DNA from: the human T2T-CHM13v2.0 reference genome, Homo sapiens
Assembly (NCBI RefSeq): GCF_009914755.1
Contig: NC_060935.1
Strand: one strand, 5' to 3'
Length of the DNA: 64,000 nt
The notes beneath the pieces are model-generated. The model saw only the letters and a program-made list of their open reading frames with translations, was not told where the DNA came from and made no database searches. Of this stretch, positions 13,795 through 29,675 are shown in pieces; position 1 is the first letter of the stretch; every line of letters begins with the position of its first letter. Both the position numbers and the translations under genes were made by a program.

Positions 13795-14030
13795 GTAATA
13801 TATAATAAAAATACTTGTCATTTCTTCAGTGCTTAGTATCTCCTAAGCACTGAATAAAATTATTTATATGTAATCTTCACAATAGTCTTACGAGGTAAGT
13901 GTTACTGTTTCTGTTTTGAAGATGAGGAAATTTGTAAATCCGAAAGTTTAAGAAGTGCACCTAAATTTACACTGCTACCAAGTGGTCAAATCACAATTAA
14001 AATTTAGTTCTGTTTGATTACAAAAGCCAC
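13795..14030 (-). mobile_element. MIR
   Basis: taatcttcacaatagtcttacgaggtaagtgttactgtttctgttttgaagatgaggaaa, antisense MIR core. Confidence 0.75.
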
Positions 14031-14388
14031 AGACATATCTAATGACATGTTCTATTAGTTCAATATGATGCTTATATTGATAAGATTTCAACATATGAAG
14101 TTATTGGCCATTGGTTAATTTGATCATTTAACACAGATATATAGCATTTGAGTAACTCTACTGGATCTCATTCAACTATCATTAGATCCAAACAACGTTG
14201 AAATTTCATTGCTAGAAATTATAGTGCATGAGCTATATAAAATGTATGATATATAAGAAATGATTAATGCATAGGATTGTAGGTAGAGTAAGAATGAGAA
14301 TAAATAATCTGAAACAAGTTGTGATGGATTTATAGGACATTGTAGTGAACTGCTTAAGCACCATAATAAATGAAGGCAATAAATAATT

Positions 14389-14445
14389 ATATGTGTGTAT
14401 ATATATATATGTGTGTGTGTGTATGTGTGTGTGTGTATACATACA
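14389..14445. repeat. Compound (TA)n(TG)n microsatellite
   Basis: atatgtgtgtatatatatatatgtgtgtgtgtgtatgtgtgtgtgtgtatac. Confidence 0.9.
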
Positions 14446-16109
14446 CCCATATGCATGTATATTAATAAACTCATATGGTTTTCTGGCCCCCAGTGACTGA
14501 CCCCATTCATAACTCTGAGTTCTATACTGTTTTGTGCAACATTTCCAGAAGAGTCAATATTCCATCCCAGACTGGGAATCCACCAGGTATTCACATAGGA
14601 ACTTACTAAGTGCCAAGTTAAATCACACAGGAACTTATTAAATGCCACGTTAAATGATTACAAAATTGATATGAATTGGAGGTAAAAATTAAAAGCCATG
14701 TTGACTTTTAATTTTTTTCTTTTAATTTAAAAAGTGAGTTTTGTGAATAGACTTAAGTTGTGCACTCTACAACTCAGATTAGTGTGGTTCCTAGATGAAG
14801 GTTACAAAAACCAAACAAATTGAGCTATGTTTTGGTCTGCAAGATAAAAATATATATGAAATACTAGAAATGTTTTGTCCTTTTACTATCAAATGTTAAT
14901 AAAGATTCTAAATGTGTGTAATAAGTTTATTATAATACAAAAAAGAGAACCCGATTTTATCTCAAATACATATTAATCATGAAATGTTTACTACGTACCT
15001 ACTACATTTAAAATATTAAATACTATCACTATCTTTTATCTATATATGCATTCTATATATCCCTGTAGGTATACACTACTCTCTAGAATTCATTATACTT
15101 TTGAAGATGAAATACATCTGTTTTCACAGAGGAAAAATGAGGAGTAAAAAAATAAAAAATGCGAAAGTTATCCCCAAGTGAAGAATTTCCTCTTTGTCAT
15201 CAGTGACTGAGTCTTTCCCAGAAGATAGCATGTTTATTTTCTTTAAAATGTTTTTATGTTGCCCGGGAATTCTTCGTTATAGAGCATCTGGCATTCCAAT
15301 AATTATTTCCAAATAACACAGTCATTTGGACTCCGTTAGATTTAGCCTGTGAATCTGCTTTTGGCATTACCTGTGGTTTATTTTGGAAAAAGCTAATAAG
15401 TCAACAACAAAAAATTAGCTGTATCTTCCAATATCTTCTGGCTTCATTAACTGCCCACTTTACAGCTGTCACCCAGAAGTGTATACGAATCTCTGTTGAA
15501 CACATACATATTCTTATTCTGTCCTCTTTTCTAGAAGATTGTGCTTTATTATTGTATTATTTATATAAAACAGTACTCCCTTTATAAGTCCTTCTGATTT
15601 ACAGAGATTTCTTCAAGGCCTAGTGTTCCTAGAATGTGGTCACTGAATCCAGATATGCTCTAAGAAGAGTTACTGAAATTTCTCAAATTTTACTCATAGT
15701 GTTACCTTTCTCCATTACCAGCTGAAGACTCCTGAATTTTTCATTCCCTTTTCCTACAGAAAAGACTCCATGCCTACATGCCCCTGATAAATTCACTGAT
15801 ACAACTACAGAGGTGATTGTGTGTATACTCAAATTCTTACAGTATTGAATATATTTATTCTGTACTTGGTTGGTTATTAGAATCCTGATTCACTTAAGCA
15901 AGTATTAGGCCTAATTTTTTTACTTTTGTCAGGTTTGCTTGTTCTAGAGCAACTCATTTTTGTTGATAAACAGCTTACCAAAAAGAAATGCAGTTGTTTA
16001 TAAAACCATGAGACAGCATATTTAGAGGTTAGAAAGGGGAAGGACTCTTTAGGACCTGGGAAGTGTACTTTAGCAGGAAAACAGAATGCAGAAAGAGGAG
16101 CAGGGGCGA

Positions 16110-16360
16110 TGGGTTTGAAAAACAGTTTTTAATTATTTTTGAACAGAGACTGTGGAGCTGGTACTGTGCTAGATGATGAGATTACATAGTCCTGATCCTC
16201 AAGTGTCAGGATCCTCACAATCTAATAAGGAATACAGACCAGTGTTATACACTAGAATAACAGAAAACTACCCAACTAGAGCAGAGTGTTGGGATAGCTC
16301 AGACAAGCTGAACCATCACCAGGGTGGAGAGAGACGCCATCAAACTTTTCCAAAGAGAAG
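16110..16360 (-). mobile_element. L2 remnant
   Basis: ttattttttgaacagagactgtggagctggtactgtgctagatg...atagtcctgatcctcaag. Confidence 0.5.
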
Positions 16361-18999
16361 ACTCTTAAAAATATATATTAATCATTTGTTAAATATTTAA
16401 TAACTGAGCTCTGTTGGCTTATGGGGATTAACATAAAGAGTAATGATAATAGCAAAGTTTATTTTATTACTGTGTGGCTAGTGCTGCTATCAATAAAAGA
16501 GGGACTAGATACAGAAGGGGGAACAAATCTGATGAGAGCAGTTGGTTGGGTTTCACAAGTGTGCATAGGTGGAAATGCATCCTACATATTGGGAGATGTT
16601 GATAATGAGGCTGCCTGTATTATACAGAACTTTATAAAAGGCACACTTTTAGAACTTAATCTCACATGTAAGCAATTAATTTTATTAAAATATGTTCCCT
16701 ACTCTATTATATGTGTAACAGTCTTCATAGGTGGGTTTAAGTCATTTAAAATATTATCTAATAAGAATTAAAAATTCATAGATGGTAGCTTAATAGCTTT
16801 CTTATTCTTTTACTTGGCAGATATATCAGCATTTGGAAACACCATAGGAAACTGCCCATTTAAGACATTAACTAAGTCACTCTCACTATCTCTTTTACAA
16901 AATAAGACCAATTCCCTCTCATTAATTAAATCTCTTGATTTAAAATTCCCATTTTCTAAATTTGTATGTGGTGTCGTCAGAAACTATTTTTCTCTCTTGG
17001 GTAGAAGTCACTTTTAAACAATATACCTACTAATGATGTATCAACATTCTTACGAGTGAATTCTATCTATCTTTTAATTTTTTTCTTGCCTGTGGAAGAC
17101 TTCTACACTCTACTTAACTGACCTTTTTAATGACCAAAAGACAGAGGTGTTCTTCCTATCATAATCAAATGTTGATTTATTTGTGTCTGGTCTTTTTTTT
17201 TTTTTTAAGCTATAAGGATATGGATTAAGTATGCAGACTCTAGTGTAATCAGAGTAGTTTGAAGTTCACAAAGTGTAATCCTGTGCTATATATCTCAATT
17301 AATCTTGCAGACTATGGCTAATCACATTCCCACCAGGCAGGATCACACAACTCACAGAGCCAGGATTATTAAAATCCATATTTCACGTTAATAGCCATGT
17401 GGGTGAGATTAGTTTCTAAGTGGTAATGCACCTGCCATAAATTCCTCCTCTCTGTTATCTTCTGAAATACTGCTCTGTCAGAAGATGAAAAGTACATGAT
17501 GTGCATTCAGAATCAGTTTATGGTCTTTTTTTTTCTATTGGTCAAGTAAAATATATCTTCATCCCTCACTGATTTCAAATGCACTGGAGAAGATAAACAC
17601 TATTTAATATTCCTCTGTGACATGTCATAAAGGCCAAAGTGTTCAAGTTTCATTACAAATCTTAGTAAGTCTTTTCATTTTAACATATTGTCCTAAACTA
17701 ACCTAAAAAAATAATAATTAACAAATACAGCTTCAAAGAACTATTCCCCATTTGATTATCTAAATTAATTTTCCTTCCAACATTATTGCAAATTAAAAGC
17801 TCCTGAATAGCCTACACATTTACTTGTGCATTAATTCGTAAAAAAATGAATTACACTGGAGTGAAGATAATAACAAACTAAAAATCAAAATATCTAGGTC
17901 TTAGCCCAGGCTCTGTTGTTAATTGAATAATTTAGAGATAGCCACATAGTCTCATTGTTTTTCACAGGACTTGAGTCAAATTTACATTTGGCTTTGTTGT
18001 CTTCAATTTGAAAGCTAATTCTCTAGAAGAAAATGAAGAATGAAACTTAATCTTTATTAACCTGAGTAAGAAATATGCTTATATGAGAGATACCAGAAAA
18101 CATTTATTCTCCTTGTTAAAATGTTTAGCCTTCCCATATAATCTCTCAGCAATCATACCTGAAATATGCTCTATTATAATATCTAATATAAAATAATATT
18201 TTTAAATGTCCCCCTTTTTGTCCAAAATGGGAAACCTATTTTATCATTATTAATAGAATAATAACACACATAAATACTTTAAAAGGTATAAAGCACTTCC
18301 ATGAGTGCTTTTAAGAGAGGTTTTGAAATGTGTCCTGGATAGGTCTGCAGATATTATTAATATACTTACTTGATCACTAAATTGCTCTGTATCTTTGTTT
18401 TAAAAAGTTGAAATATGGACATGAGCGACCTTCAGAGGTCAAACCTTAAAAGCCAGAGAACAACTTGTGACCTAGACCACTATTCTTGATGATGATCTTC
18501 CCCTGGCTTGGTATAAAATTCACATTTTTCCTCCTATGGGAAATACAGGGAAAATATTACAGCTATGAAAAATAAATCCTGCTGCAGAATTTAAATTTTC
18601 AGACCTTTTAAGAAAATAGATGTTAATGCTTTCTGTTGAGTTGCTATAGTTTCACATTCATATATTAGAGATGCATTAAATAAGTTTACCTGTTTAATAA
18701 TTTAAATGCTTTAAATACATGCATTTGACGTTTGCATGACAAAGACAAATACATTCATACCACTTTGTAATGTCACAGTCAATCAGTCAACATGAAACTG
18801 GAAGATTCAAAGACCAAAGTAAATAAAAATATAAAAGTCGACAGATGCATTAACTTTCCCTTCTGTACATATTGTTTATAATAAGATACTTTCAAAACTC
18901 AAATTAGATATATGAAAAAGGCACCATTCTGATCTACTAGTGCCTAAGCATTGCCAAGCAGTCAAATCTAACTAAACGTTCTATCCTCCTCCATTTTTC

Positions 19000-19560
19000 T
19001 TCGATGCCTACTGATGCCTACTTTCTTTTCTCACTGTGGGGTGAATGCATCTACTACTTGCAGCTAAAGGACAAAGAGTCCCAGCCTCCCTTCTGCCAGA
19101 GACACCAACATTCTTACACTCAATGGGGCTGAAAATCCTAGAGTCATTTTTGATCATCCTTCTCATTTTCTTTATTCAGAGTTACGAATCCTGTCCAACT
19201 TGGCTTATATCCTAAGTTTGTCCATCCTCTCTTTCCCTTATACTAGTCCTGTCCCCTCTACACAGTTTAGAATTTACTGTCAGATTTGATAAGAATCTCC
19301 TCACTAATACCTATGTATCCATTCACATTCATCTTCCTTGCTAATCCATTGGTTTTGTTTTCCAAACGCAAAGCTGTTTTTGCCATCTCTTCCTCTTCAC
19401 ATTTTTACTGTTGTCTAAAATTTTCTAAATGACATGCAAATTTCTTATGTAGCTAAGCTCATTAGCACATCATCTTTCTGGCACAAGATTACTACAACAT
19501 TCTGAGCTACTTTATTTGTTTAAAATGTTCCCTGTGAATTCCTTTCATGCAACTATGATG
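19000..19560 (+). mobile_element. L2 remnant
   Basis: Pyrimidine-rich, aatcctagagtcatttttgatcatccttctc, L2-like. Confidence 0.45.
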
Positions 19561-20895
19561 GCAACTTTGTTCTTAACAAAATGTCTTTGTTTAAATGAAC
19601 GTAAGATTCAGATCACACACTTTTTTTTCTAAAATATTAATCAACATCTACTGTATGATTGCCACTAAGTTAAAAGAATTGAACAATATTACTAAAATTA
19701 GGTTAAATAATGTCAAGATTTTGCACTGAATTGTTCAGTGGAACTTTACATTGAAAGTCTTAGTCTAAGTCATGTGTCTGAACTCTAGAGAGTGAAATTG
19801 TTTAAGAATTACGTAAATACCCCATGTGTGCACATGCACGTAATTACATTTGTAAAAATAAAGACACATATGCATATATACATATGTGCATAATTGTATA
19901 TATAAACCTCACCAGAACAACAGATATATTTCTGGAAAATAGTTTATAAATTTCACATTTCTAAATTGGGTAGTAATTCCATCAAACTAGAACAATTGCA
20001 AATTAACAGGTTTTTAATAAGTAAATAATGCCATCTAGTTTATGTTTTGGGTAAATTTTAATAGAAGTTTGAAAAGGATTTATTAAGGTATATAATAAGT
20101 TATTTGAGTTTGCATTCATTGGTGTTTTATTAAGGCAAAGATATTGAGGTAATTCAAGCCATTGAGGGTTTTCCCTGAGAAAAGGAATTAGAGGAGAGCC
20201 CTTAGGTTTAGAGTTTTAAATTAAAAAAAGATCTAATGAAAGTTCATTGCTGAAAAGTTGATTTTTATTTGGTGTTTGAGTTTATATCAGTGATTAAAGT
20301 ACATTTGTGATTTCTGCATAAGCTGTGTCTTTACACAGTTCATTCTGCCTTCCTTCCTCTTCCAGAAATGTTTCCTGCCATATTCTGCTTTTATTGTGCT
20401 ATTAGTATTTTTTTGTTCTAAAAGCAAAGAACGCACCTGCTAGGCAGAGTTGCTAATTTTATCCCTGAACTCACTCACAGATGCCACAAGCACTTCCCAG
20501 TCGATACGGTTCCATGTATCAGGCACCTTCTATAGTCCCATTCTAGGGTCACCGCTGTTGTTGTATTTATCATCACTTCCCAGCATCTTTACCCTGCGTC
20601 AAGAATCCTATGCACTGCACGTTCCTCCATAGAACCTTGCCCCATTCATTCCTCTTGTCATAACACTCCAGGATATAAGTGAATTCAGACTTTCTACAAA
20701 CCCTTTTGTTCTAGATAATCTCATAAAACGACTACAGCCATACTGTTGTAGCATTAAGTGAGTTAAGGGTGTGTGTCTGTTGTTGTTGTCGTTCCTGTTG
20801 TTGCATCTGAATCTGTTGGAAACAAAGGGAGGATGGTAAGACTGAATAGTTCATGCAAGGGGCATGGCCCCTACTGCAGAGTTCCTGCTCTAGAT

Positions 20896-20913
20896 TGTGT
20901 GTGTGTGTGTGTG

Positions 20914-20960
<47 letters not shown>
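20896..20960. repeat. (TG)n / (TATG)n microsatellite
   Basis: tgtgtgtg...gcatgtgtg...tatgtatgtatgt. Confidence 0.95.
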
Positions 20961-21256
20961 TTGAGTAATAAAGGTCCACATCCCAAATCTGACATTTTTT
21001 TTTAGATACGCAATCTCACATGTTGGGGAGTAAAAAAATGACTACACAGTTCAATATTAAAGGACTATTAATGCCTCCAAATTGGTGAGATATTCTGCAC
21101 ATTTGAAAGGGAATAGGGATGTTCATCAAAGGATGAGAGAAAAGGCAGAGATTAATAATTTTGAATAGTTATAAAATCCTTTAGAAGTAAATTTTATGTA
21201 TCAACTTAGTTACTAAAACATATTTAGAACATAACTAAAAGATAAGCAGGAATTTG

Positions 21257-21401
21257 GAGTTGCTACGCAAAATGCAGAATGCCCAATTAAATTTGATTTT
21301 CAAATATGCAAAGGAAAATTTTTTAGTATTAATGTGTCCCACATATTGCATACTGCATACTTATTCAAAGGAGTACTTTATTCATCAGATCTGGAGATTC
21401 T
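21257..21401 (+). mobile_element. MER53 (hAT-type MITE), internally deleted
   Basis: gagttgctacgcaaaatgcagaatgcccaattaaatttgattttcaaat...ttttttagtattaatgtgtcccacatattgcat matches the MER53 left arm and centre. Confidence 0.75.
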
Positions 21402-21828
21402 AATTGTACATAACCTATATAATAACTTCTAAATTTCCCGACAGAATCGTTTCAAAACATTTTTGATTGTTCCTTCACCTTACAAAAAAATCCCTGATTT
21501 TAAAAAAGTCACCCTTTAATAAACTTTTGTGTAGAAAGGTAATGTTGGTCAAAGCAACTCTATAGAGATAGATGATATTTATAAATTTCCTGTCTTACCT
21601 TTTAGAATTTCTGTAGTATATTCTTTTAGAGAAAAGTAACACATAACTGTTAAGTGGTGATGTTTTTGGTGATTGTATTGTTATTCATGGTTTAATCACA
21701 GCTATATTACCTAACTTACTTTTACTTAGAATTTAGCAAAAGTATAATAAAATAATATTAGTTTTATAAAGTATTTTTCTTCCAGACTGAATATTTTTTA
21801 CTCTCTTATACATCTTTTGAAGACACAG

Positions 21829-23866
<2,038 letters not shown>

Positions 23867-24869
23867 TTAAGCCCATCCTCTATGCAAGATGCTGGGGTAA
23901 ATTGCAGAAAAAATTGTTGGAGTGGAAATTGCTTTCAGTATCATAAATATGTATGTATGTTTACAAATAGAAATATGGAACCCAATGTGCTGTTAACTAT
24001 TAAGACTTCGTCTCTTTTTTACCAGGCATATACATTTTCGGAACTAGGAAAACAACAGAAATACTTGCACTTTTAAGTTTGAATGTGGTCAAACCTGGGG
24101 CATTTTATTGTAGAAAGTAAATTGATTTTTTCCCTTCATTTGAAGAATGCATTAGTGAAGAAAGAATCCTTGCTGTTTGTGTATGTTATAAAGGAACAAA
24201 AGCTGGAGAATTAAATTATCTGCATAGCTGAGCAAAAAATAGTTTTTCTGTGTTTGATAAGAGTCAGATATTCTTAATAGAATTCTTAGATTTCGTGAGC
24301 AGAATGGGGACCATGCATGGCATTGAAATTTTCCGCAGACACAAAATAACTTGTATTACAGCTGAACTATAGCTGTTTGGGGACTTGTTTCTTTTTATTC
24401 ATAGAGGTTAAGAATGGTGCATTATATTATCCATTTAAAGATGCTACTTGCATTTCTGAACTTCAAATACAATCATGATTTTAATATTATCAAGTAAATA
24501 TATTTTAATATGGCTACACAGAAATGATTTCATTAACATTTATAGAACCCTTGGTATCAGTAGCTCTGTAATATTTTACCAAGTGGAAGCGTTATATTTC
24601 ATTGTATATTTCTTGTGTTCCTCTATAAATCACCTGTGCATATACATCCCAGAAAAAATGAGTATAGCAAGCTACATAGCATTGAATTAAGCTTTAATTT
24701 TCACTGGCTGCTTACAGAAGAAAATAACTTGTATAGCATTTAGAATTTTGAGTAGGACCATCCTCATCATCTCATGCTGTGTATTACAAAAGGAGTCTAC
24801 CTAATGAAGCATAGGGTCTGGATGGTTTAACTTATTTTTTGGATAAGAGAAAGAAGAAAGAAAATAATA

Positions 24870-25100
24870 CTTAGTTGCTGCCTTCCAAGGATTCTGTGCC
24901 ATGCTGGTTTTTTAACATGCATTATCTTAAGAATATTTCTCATTTAAATATAGATTTTATTATACATTTTTAAAGACAAAGAAATGAAGGTTCACAGTTA
25001 CAGCGAATAGCCTAAGGTCACACCAAGGAATAACGAGGTTCAAGCCAAAAGCCAAGTACCTTTTAATTTACAAATCCCATGTTCACCATATTCTGCCTAA
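24870..25100 (-). mobile_element. MIR
   Basis: ctgtgccatgctgg...acatgcattatc...gaaatgaaggttcacag...gcctaaggtcacac. Confidence 0.65.
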
Positions 25101-25259
25101 TTGAAAAGGGATTATCATTTGTTTGATGGAAATATAATTATACATACTATTAATATATCAAACCACTTAGCCTGTTTGAACTTCAGCTCATGTGGAAAAA
25201 AAAAAAAAACCTTGAAGCTGCCTAACTTCTAGAGACTATTTTTGGTAATGTAAAGCACT

Positions 25260-25470
25260 ATTGAGAGTGCTTAAACGTAAGGGTTGTGGTGTTGGAAAGC
25301 TAGCATTTGAATATGCGCTCTAGTATTAATTACTCTTTTTATGCCTTCATTTTCTCATTGGTAAACTAGAGCTAATAATAGTACCTAACTTAGGAGTGTG
25401 TTAGGAATGAACAAGATGATGTAAAACACTTTTTGTGACATGTAATAAATGTTCAATAAATATTTGCTAG
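25260..25470 (+). mobile_element. MIR
   Basis: gccttcattttctcattggtaaactagagctaataatagtacctaacttaggagtgtgttaggaatgaacaagatgatgtaaa. Confidence 0.75.
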
Positions 25471-26599
25471 CTGATTTGTATAGGAAATTTTATTTGTAAT
25501 AGCAGAGGAAAGGAAAGAGCATTAGAGAAGAAGCTGAATAAAAGAGAGTGAAATAGAATAACTCTTGGAGTTTCGCAATTACATAGTGAAAGTCTGTAGT
25601 GGGAGAACTTATTTTTTTAAGACATTTTACATAAAATCTGAGTAACAGCAGCAGAACTCCTCTAAATCTAGCTCACAGAGGCAATGGTGAGGCCATCCTT
25701 CCCACCTCTTCATGGAATCTAGAGCCTTCCAGTACTCTGAAGATAGGCAACTTGAGACCACCAAGAGAGCAGAATAGTTGACATCTTTCTTTAGTGGTGG
25801 CATTGATGAGGCTCCTTCAACATTCGAGCAGGCCATGAATGTTTGCCAGGGGAATGAGAGGAAGAACAGGAAACAGAGTGAACCCCAAAGTCTGTTTTAT
25901 GGCCTGTATAGTTTCAAGAGCCTCACATACTCCCCAAAATGTCTAGGATGATGTTGCAAGGAGTAATAAACAAAAAGAAAGATCAGGAATTTTTTATTTA
26001 TCATTTATAACATGGTATATCATCATCTCTTTATCCTGGGAAGATCTAAAAGCATTTGATAGATTTTAATATTTATGTTATGTTTATACACAAATTTACA
26101 TAAATAGATATACTTGACTCATGATCTCTTTATTCTTCATATTCATGAATTATTCCTTTCCCTGCCAAAAAAATGTCTAATATATTGGGAAAGGAAATTG
26201 TATTAAGCAAAGGTTTATCTAAATGACAGAACCATTGATTTCCATATATTATTTTTATGTTGTTAGAAATAAAGAGGAGAGTATATCCTTAGAACAAGAA
26301 TATAAATTTATTTCCCAAAATAATCATAAAATTATTACTTTTCAGCTTTCGACTTTAGTCATCTAATTTAAAAAAAAAGTTTGGAAGATTTTCTTAGAGA
26401 AATGTTTTCGAGATGTGTTTGCTTTCATACTTGGTATCTTACAATTTGATAGTCTATTGTAATCACTAATATGTCTCATATTTTCTTTTGTTCTTTCTTT
26501 ACTTGTGAACTCTTAGGTCAGCAATAATATTGTGTATCCCTTTGAACCCCTTAACAATTCCTGTTGGAGTACTGTGCCCAAGGAAACCTCTTTAAATAT

Positions 26600-27010
26600 T
26601 AAAAATTGATAAAGATACTTTCCAATTTTTCTTTTCTCTTCTTCCTAGACTTCGGCATGTTAAATCGATGACTACTTCTAACAATTCTCTCCTTCTTTAT
26701 TGAAGCAACCTCTCTTGGCTTCAATAATATTCTAGCTTCTTCTTTGTCTCCTACTCCTCTGCTACTCCTCAGTATCCTGAATGAGCTCATCTTCCTCTCT
26801 CCACCTCTGGTCAGACCCTTGTCTGGATGTTGACATTAATCACCTTCTTTTCATGCTGCTCCCATGCAGTCCCATAAGACAACTAACCTTAACACATCCT
26901 GCCTAGTCTCATCAGCTTCAACCTCTGCCTCATCCTTCATCAGTGTATTCTCTATCTCAAACTACATGCAGCTCTTAGAAATTGTAATAAATCTCTTACC
27001 CTCAGCATCC
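26600..27010 (+). mobile_element. L2 remnant
   Basis: ctccttctttattgaagcaacctctcttggcttcaataatattc...tatctcaaactacatg; pyrimidine-rich L2 ORF2 region. Confidence 0.5.
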
Positions 27011-27169
27011 ACAGAATTAATATTGCAACCAGCTTTTGTATGGGGGTAAGGATAGAGCTCTCAATATTTTTAAGTAATTTGTTTTAAATAGTTTAAGTTC
27101 TCTAACTCTAAGGACATAATATATTCCAAGAATATGTTAGTAGAATGCCTAAAATTGTGTTTTGGATAG

Positions 27170-27310
27170 TCATTCATTCAACAGTGTTTTAAAACGAAAG
27201 TATTTTATGTTCAAGCATTATGCTAAGTGCAGTGTGTGCTGGAGAAAATAGAAAATGTTTAAGATATAGTTTCATACTCAAGGAGTATACCAGGGGAGCA
27301 ACTAAGTGAA
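27170..27310 (-). mobile_element. L2 3' end
   Basis: tcattcattcaacagtgtttt...tatgttcaagcattatgctaagtg. Confidence 0.55.
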
Positions 27311-28714
27311 TCAACTATGCTTTCATTTTCTTTCTTTCTTTTTTATTTAGTAGCGTTGGTGAAATTACAATTGGGCATTCAGTATTCCAATTGTTTTTCC
27401 TTTTGCTTTTTACTCTATAGAATCGGAACCCACAAATTGTATATTGTATATACAGTATATTTTATTTGCTATTTTCAGATGTTTTGCCAATTATTTTTCT
27501 GTCCTTTTGTAATAATGCTTGCAAACCTGTAGTATTTGTAGTTTCATTTTTTAACCTTGCTATATCTGTTGATTTGAACTTTCAAGAGAATATGTTAATC
27601 CAAGATTGTTACTATTCTTTTAAACAAATTAAGGAAAGTCTTATATACAGTATAGATTAATAATGATCACAGACACATTGTTTCTATTTAAAATGTCATA
27701 ATAAATTTTCAAAAGAGTTGTACCTGCTTATAGAAAGAAAAGCGTAGGGAAGTTATTGCTAGGAGTTACGAGTGTGCACTACCAATAAAATTCTATCAGT
27801 AATATAAAAAAAGATAAAAAATAAGAGTATAGTATTTCCATTGTGTCTTTTGGATGGGGAAGAGATGTGTTTGCATGTGTGTGTGTTTGTTCAGTTTTGA
27901 TTGTTTAAATTTTTTAATTAAACAGGTGTTCCGAATCAAGCATTTTTTAATCAACACTTTTTAAGCCACATTTGTGTAATTAAATGGAGGTAAATCAGAG
28001 GTAACATATGGATGTCTCCATAATCTGTTTCAAAAAATGAATTATAGCAAGATGATAGAAAAATGTAATACCAAAATCCAGGTCAGGTGTTCTTCAAATG
28101 CATATAGAGGGAAAAAGTACCATAACTTACATGGCACATAAATACTTTAAATATTATTCTGAACAGAATGCTTATCAAAAATATTCAGAATGATACACAA
28201 TTAAAACCTTATTATTCAAAGAAGATTATAGTTAGAGAAAGTGATTTAAGTTGCATAGATCCAACTCAGCCATGACAATACTTAGCACCCCCCTAAAACC
28301 TTACCACTTCGTCCTGCAGGCGTTTCATTGCGAATTTCAACTCAGGTTTACTTCCTACATTTTATTTATAAATTGCCTCATTCTGAAATGCCAAACTTTG
28401 CTGAAGAATATCATATAACTCTCCTTAATAGAATTCTACTTGGTCATGCCAATACGCTCTAATTGGAACCTTACACATCTTCAGGAATTATTTATTTCTT
28501 TTTAATAACCTCACTCTTTATGATTGTTATTCTAAGCCTTTTGCATTGCCTTCTATTATGTGTTCACTAATACATTTGTTAAACCAAAAATATTTGTTAA
28601 TCACTCACTGTGTCAGACACTGTTCTTTGCACAGTGGCAAGAAAAGCATTAAAAATGCACTTTTTGACTAACTTGTTCATAATATATATTGTTATCCTAC
28701 AAATTTGTCTTAGC

Positions 28715-28821
28715 AGCAGCATAACAGATCCTGTTTTCAGAGATTTTAATTCAGTCCATCTGGAAGAGGGTCTAGGAAAAGTTCCTGAGTGATTCTGATA
28801 TATGGCCAATTTGGGAACCAA
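28715..28821 (+). mobile_element. MER5A/B fragment (hAT-Charlie)
   Basis: cagagattttaattcagtccatctggaagaggg...gtgattctgatatggccaatttgggaacca. Confidence 0.65.
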
Positions 28822-29059
28822 ATATAGACAAGTAAAACATGTTTGAAACTTGAAAAAGACACTTGGGAAACATCAGCTTGGAGATGCTTCTTGTGGCTCT
28901 GTGAAAGGGAAGGAAAAACTGAAAGACAGTTTAAAGGAAAAATAAACTATGTTAGGAGCACACATCTAAATTGGTCAGAAACTTGAGAAGAACAGAATAT
29001 GAGGATGGTAATCTATAGCATCAAATGCTATAGTTAGCAAGATGAGAGAAAAAAATTTT

Positions 29060-29270
29060 AGTCTCTATTTACTGACATCTTACTATGTACCAAACACTTT
29101 GCTAAGTGTCACAAACACCATATTTAACTCTAAAATACCACAGCTAAATAGGAAAATAAAGTTCATAGACTTTAAGTAACTTTTAGAACTTAAAGGTCCT
29201 GTAGTAGTAAGGCCAGGTTTCAATTCTATCTACTGTACTTTCAATGTATTTATTATTTGAGCATTATTCT
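29060..29270 (-). mobile_element. MIR
   Basis: tatttactgacatcttactatgtaccaaacactttgctaagtg...gactttaagtaactt. Confidence 0.6.
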
Positions 29271-29382
29271 CCTCAAGGATTTTCACCGGTAATAGAAAGG
29301 GCTTTTATATTCAAGATAAAGAAAAAATGATAGAGTGATGTTCCAAGAAAAAGTAAGGAATAATATTAAGACCATAACAGAG

Positions 29383-29675
29383 AGCGGGTGTGGTGTCTCA
29401 CGCCTGTAATTCCAGCACTTTGGGAGGCCGAAGCAGGTGGATCACTTGAGGCCAGGAGTTCGAGACCACCTGGACAACATTAATGAAACCCCATCTCTAG
29501 TAAGAATACAAAAATTAGCTGGGTGTGGTGGCACACACTTCTAGTCCCAGCTACTCAGGAGGCTGATGCATGAAAATCATCTGAACCCCAGAGATAAAAG
29601 GTTGCAGTGAGCTGAGATCACGCCACTGTACTCCTGCTTGGGCGAGAGAATGAGACTTTGTCGGGAAAAAGAAAA
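29383..29675 (+). mobile_element. Alu (old; AluSz/AluJb-like), full dimer
   Basis: Both arms present; gatcacttgaggccaggagttcgagacc; degenerate TSD cataacagag / cataatagag. Confidence 0.92.

Noticed and set aside
14172-14648. Longest ORF, 158 aa, with HTHT repeats (similarly 20732-20995 with poly-Q/HT and 47377-47610)
   Set aside because: Kept open by (CA)/(TG)/(CAA) microsatellites; no recognisable domain or exon structure.
25627-25836. GC-richer segment with a 69-aa ORF, considered as an exon or processed pseudogene
   Set aside because: No recognisable protein, poly-A/TSD or convincing splice pair.
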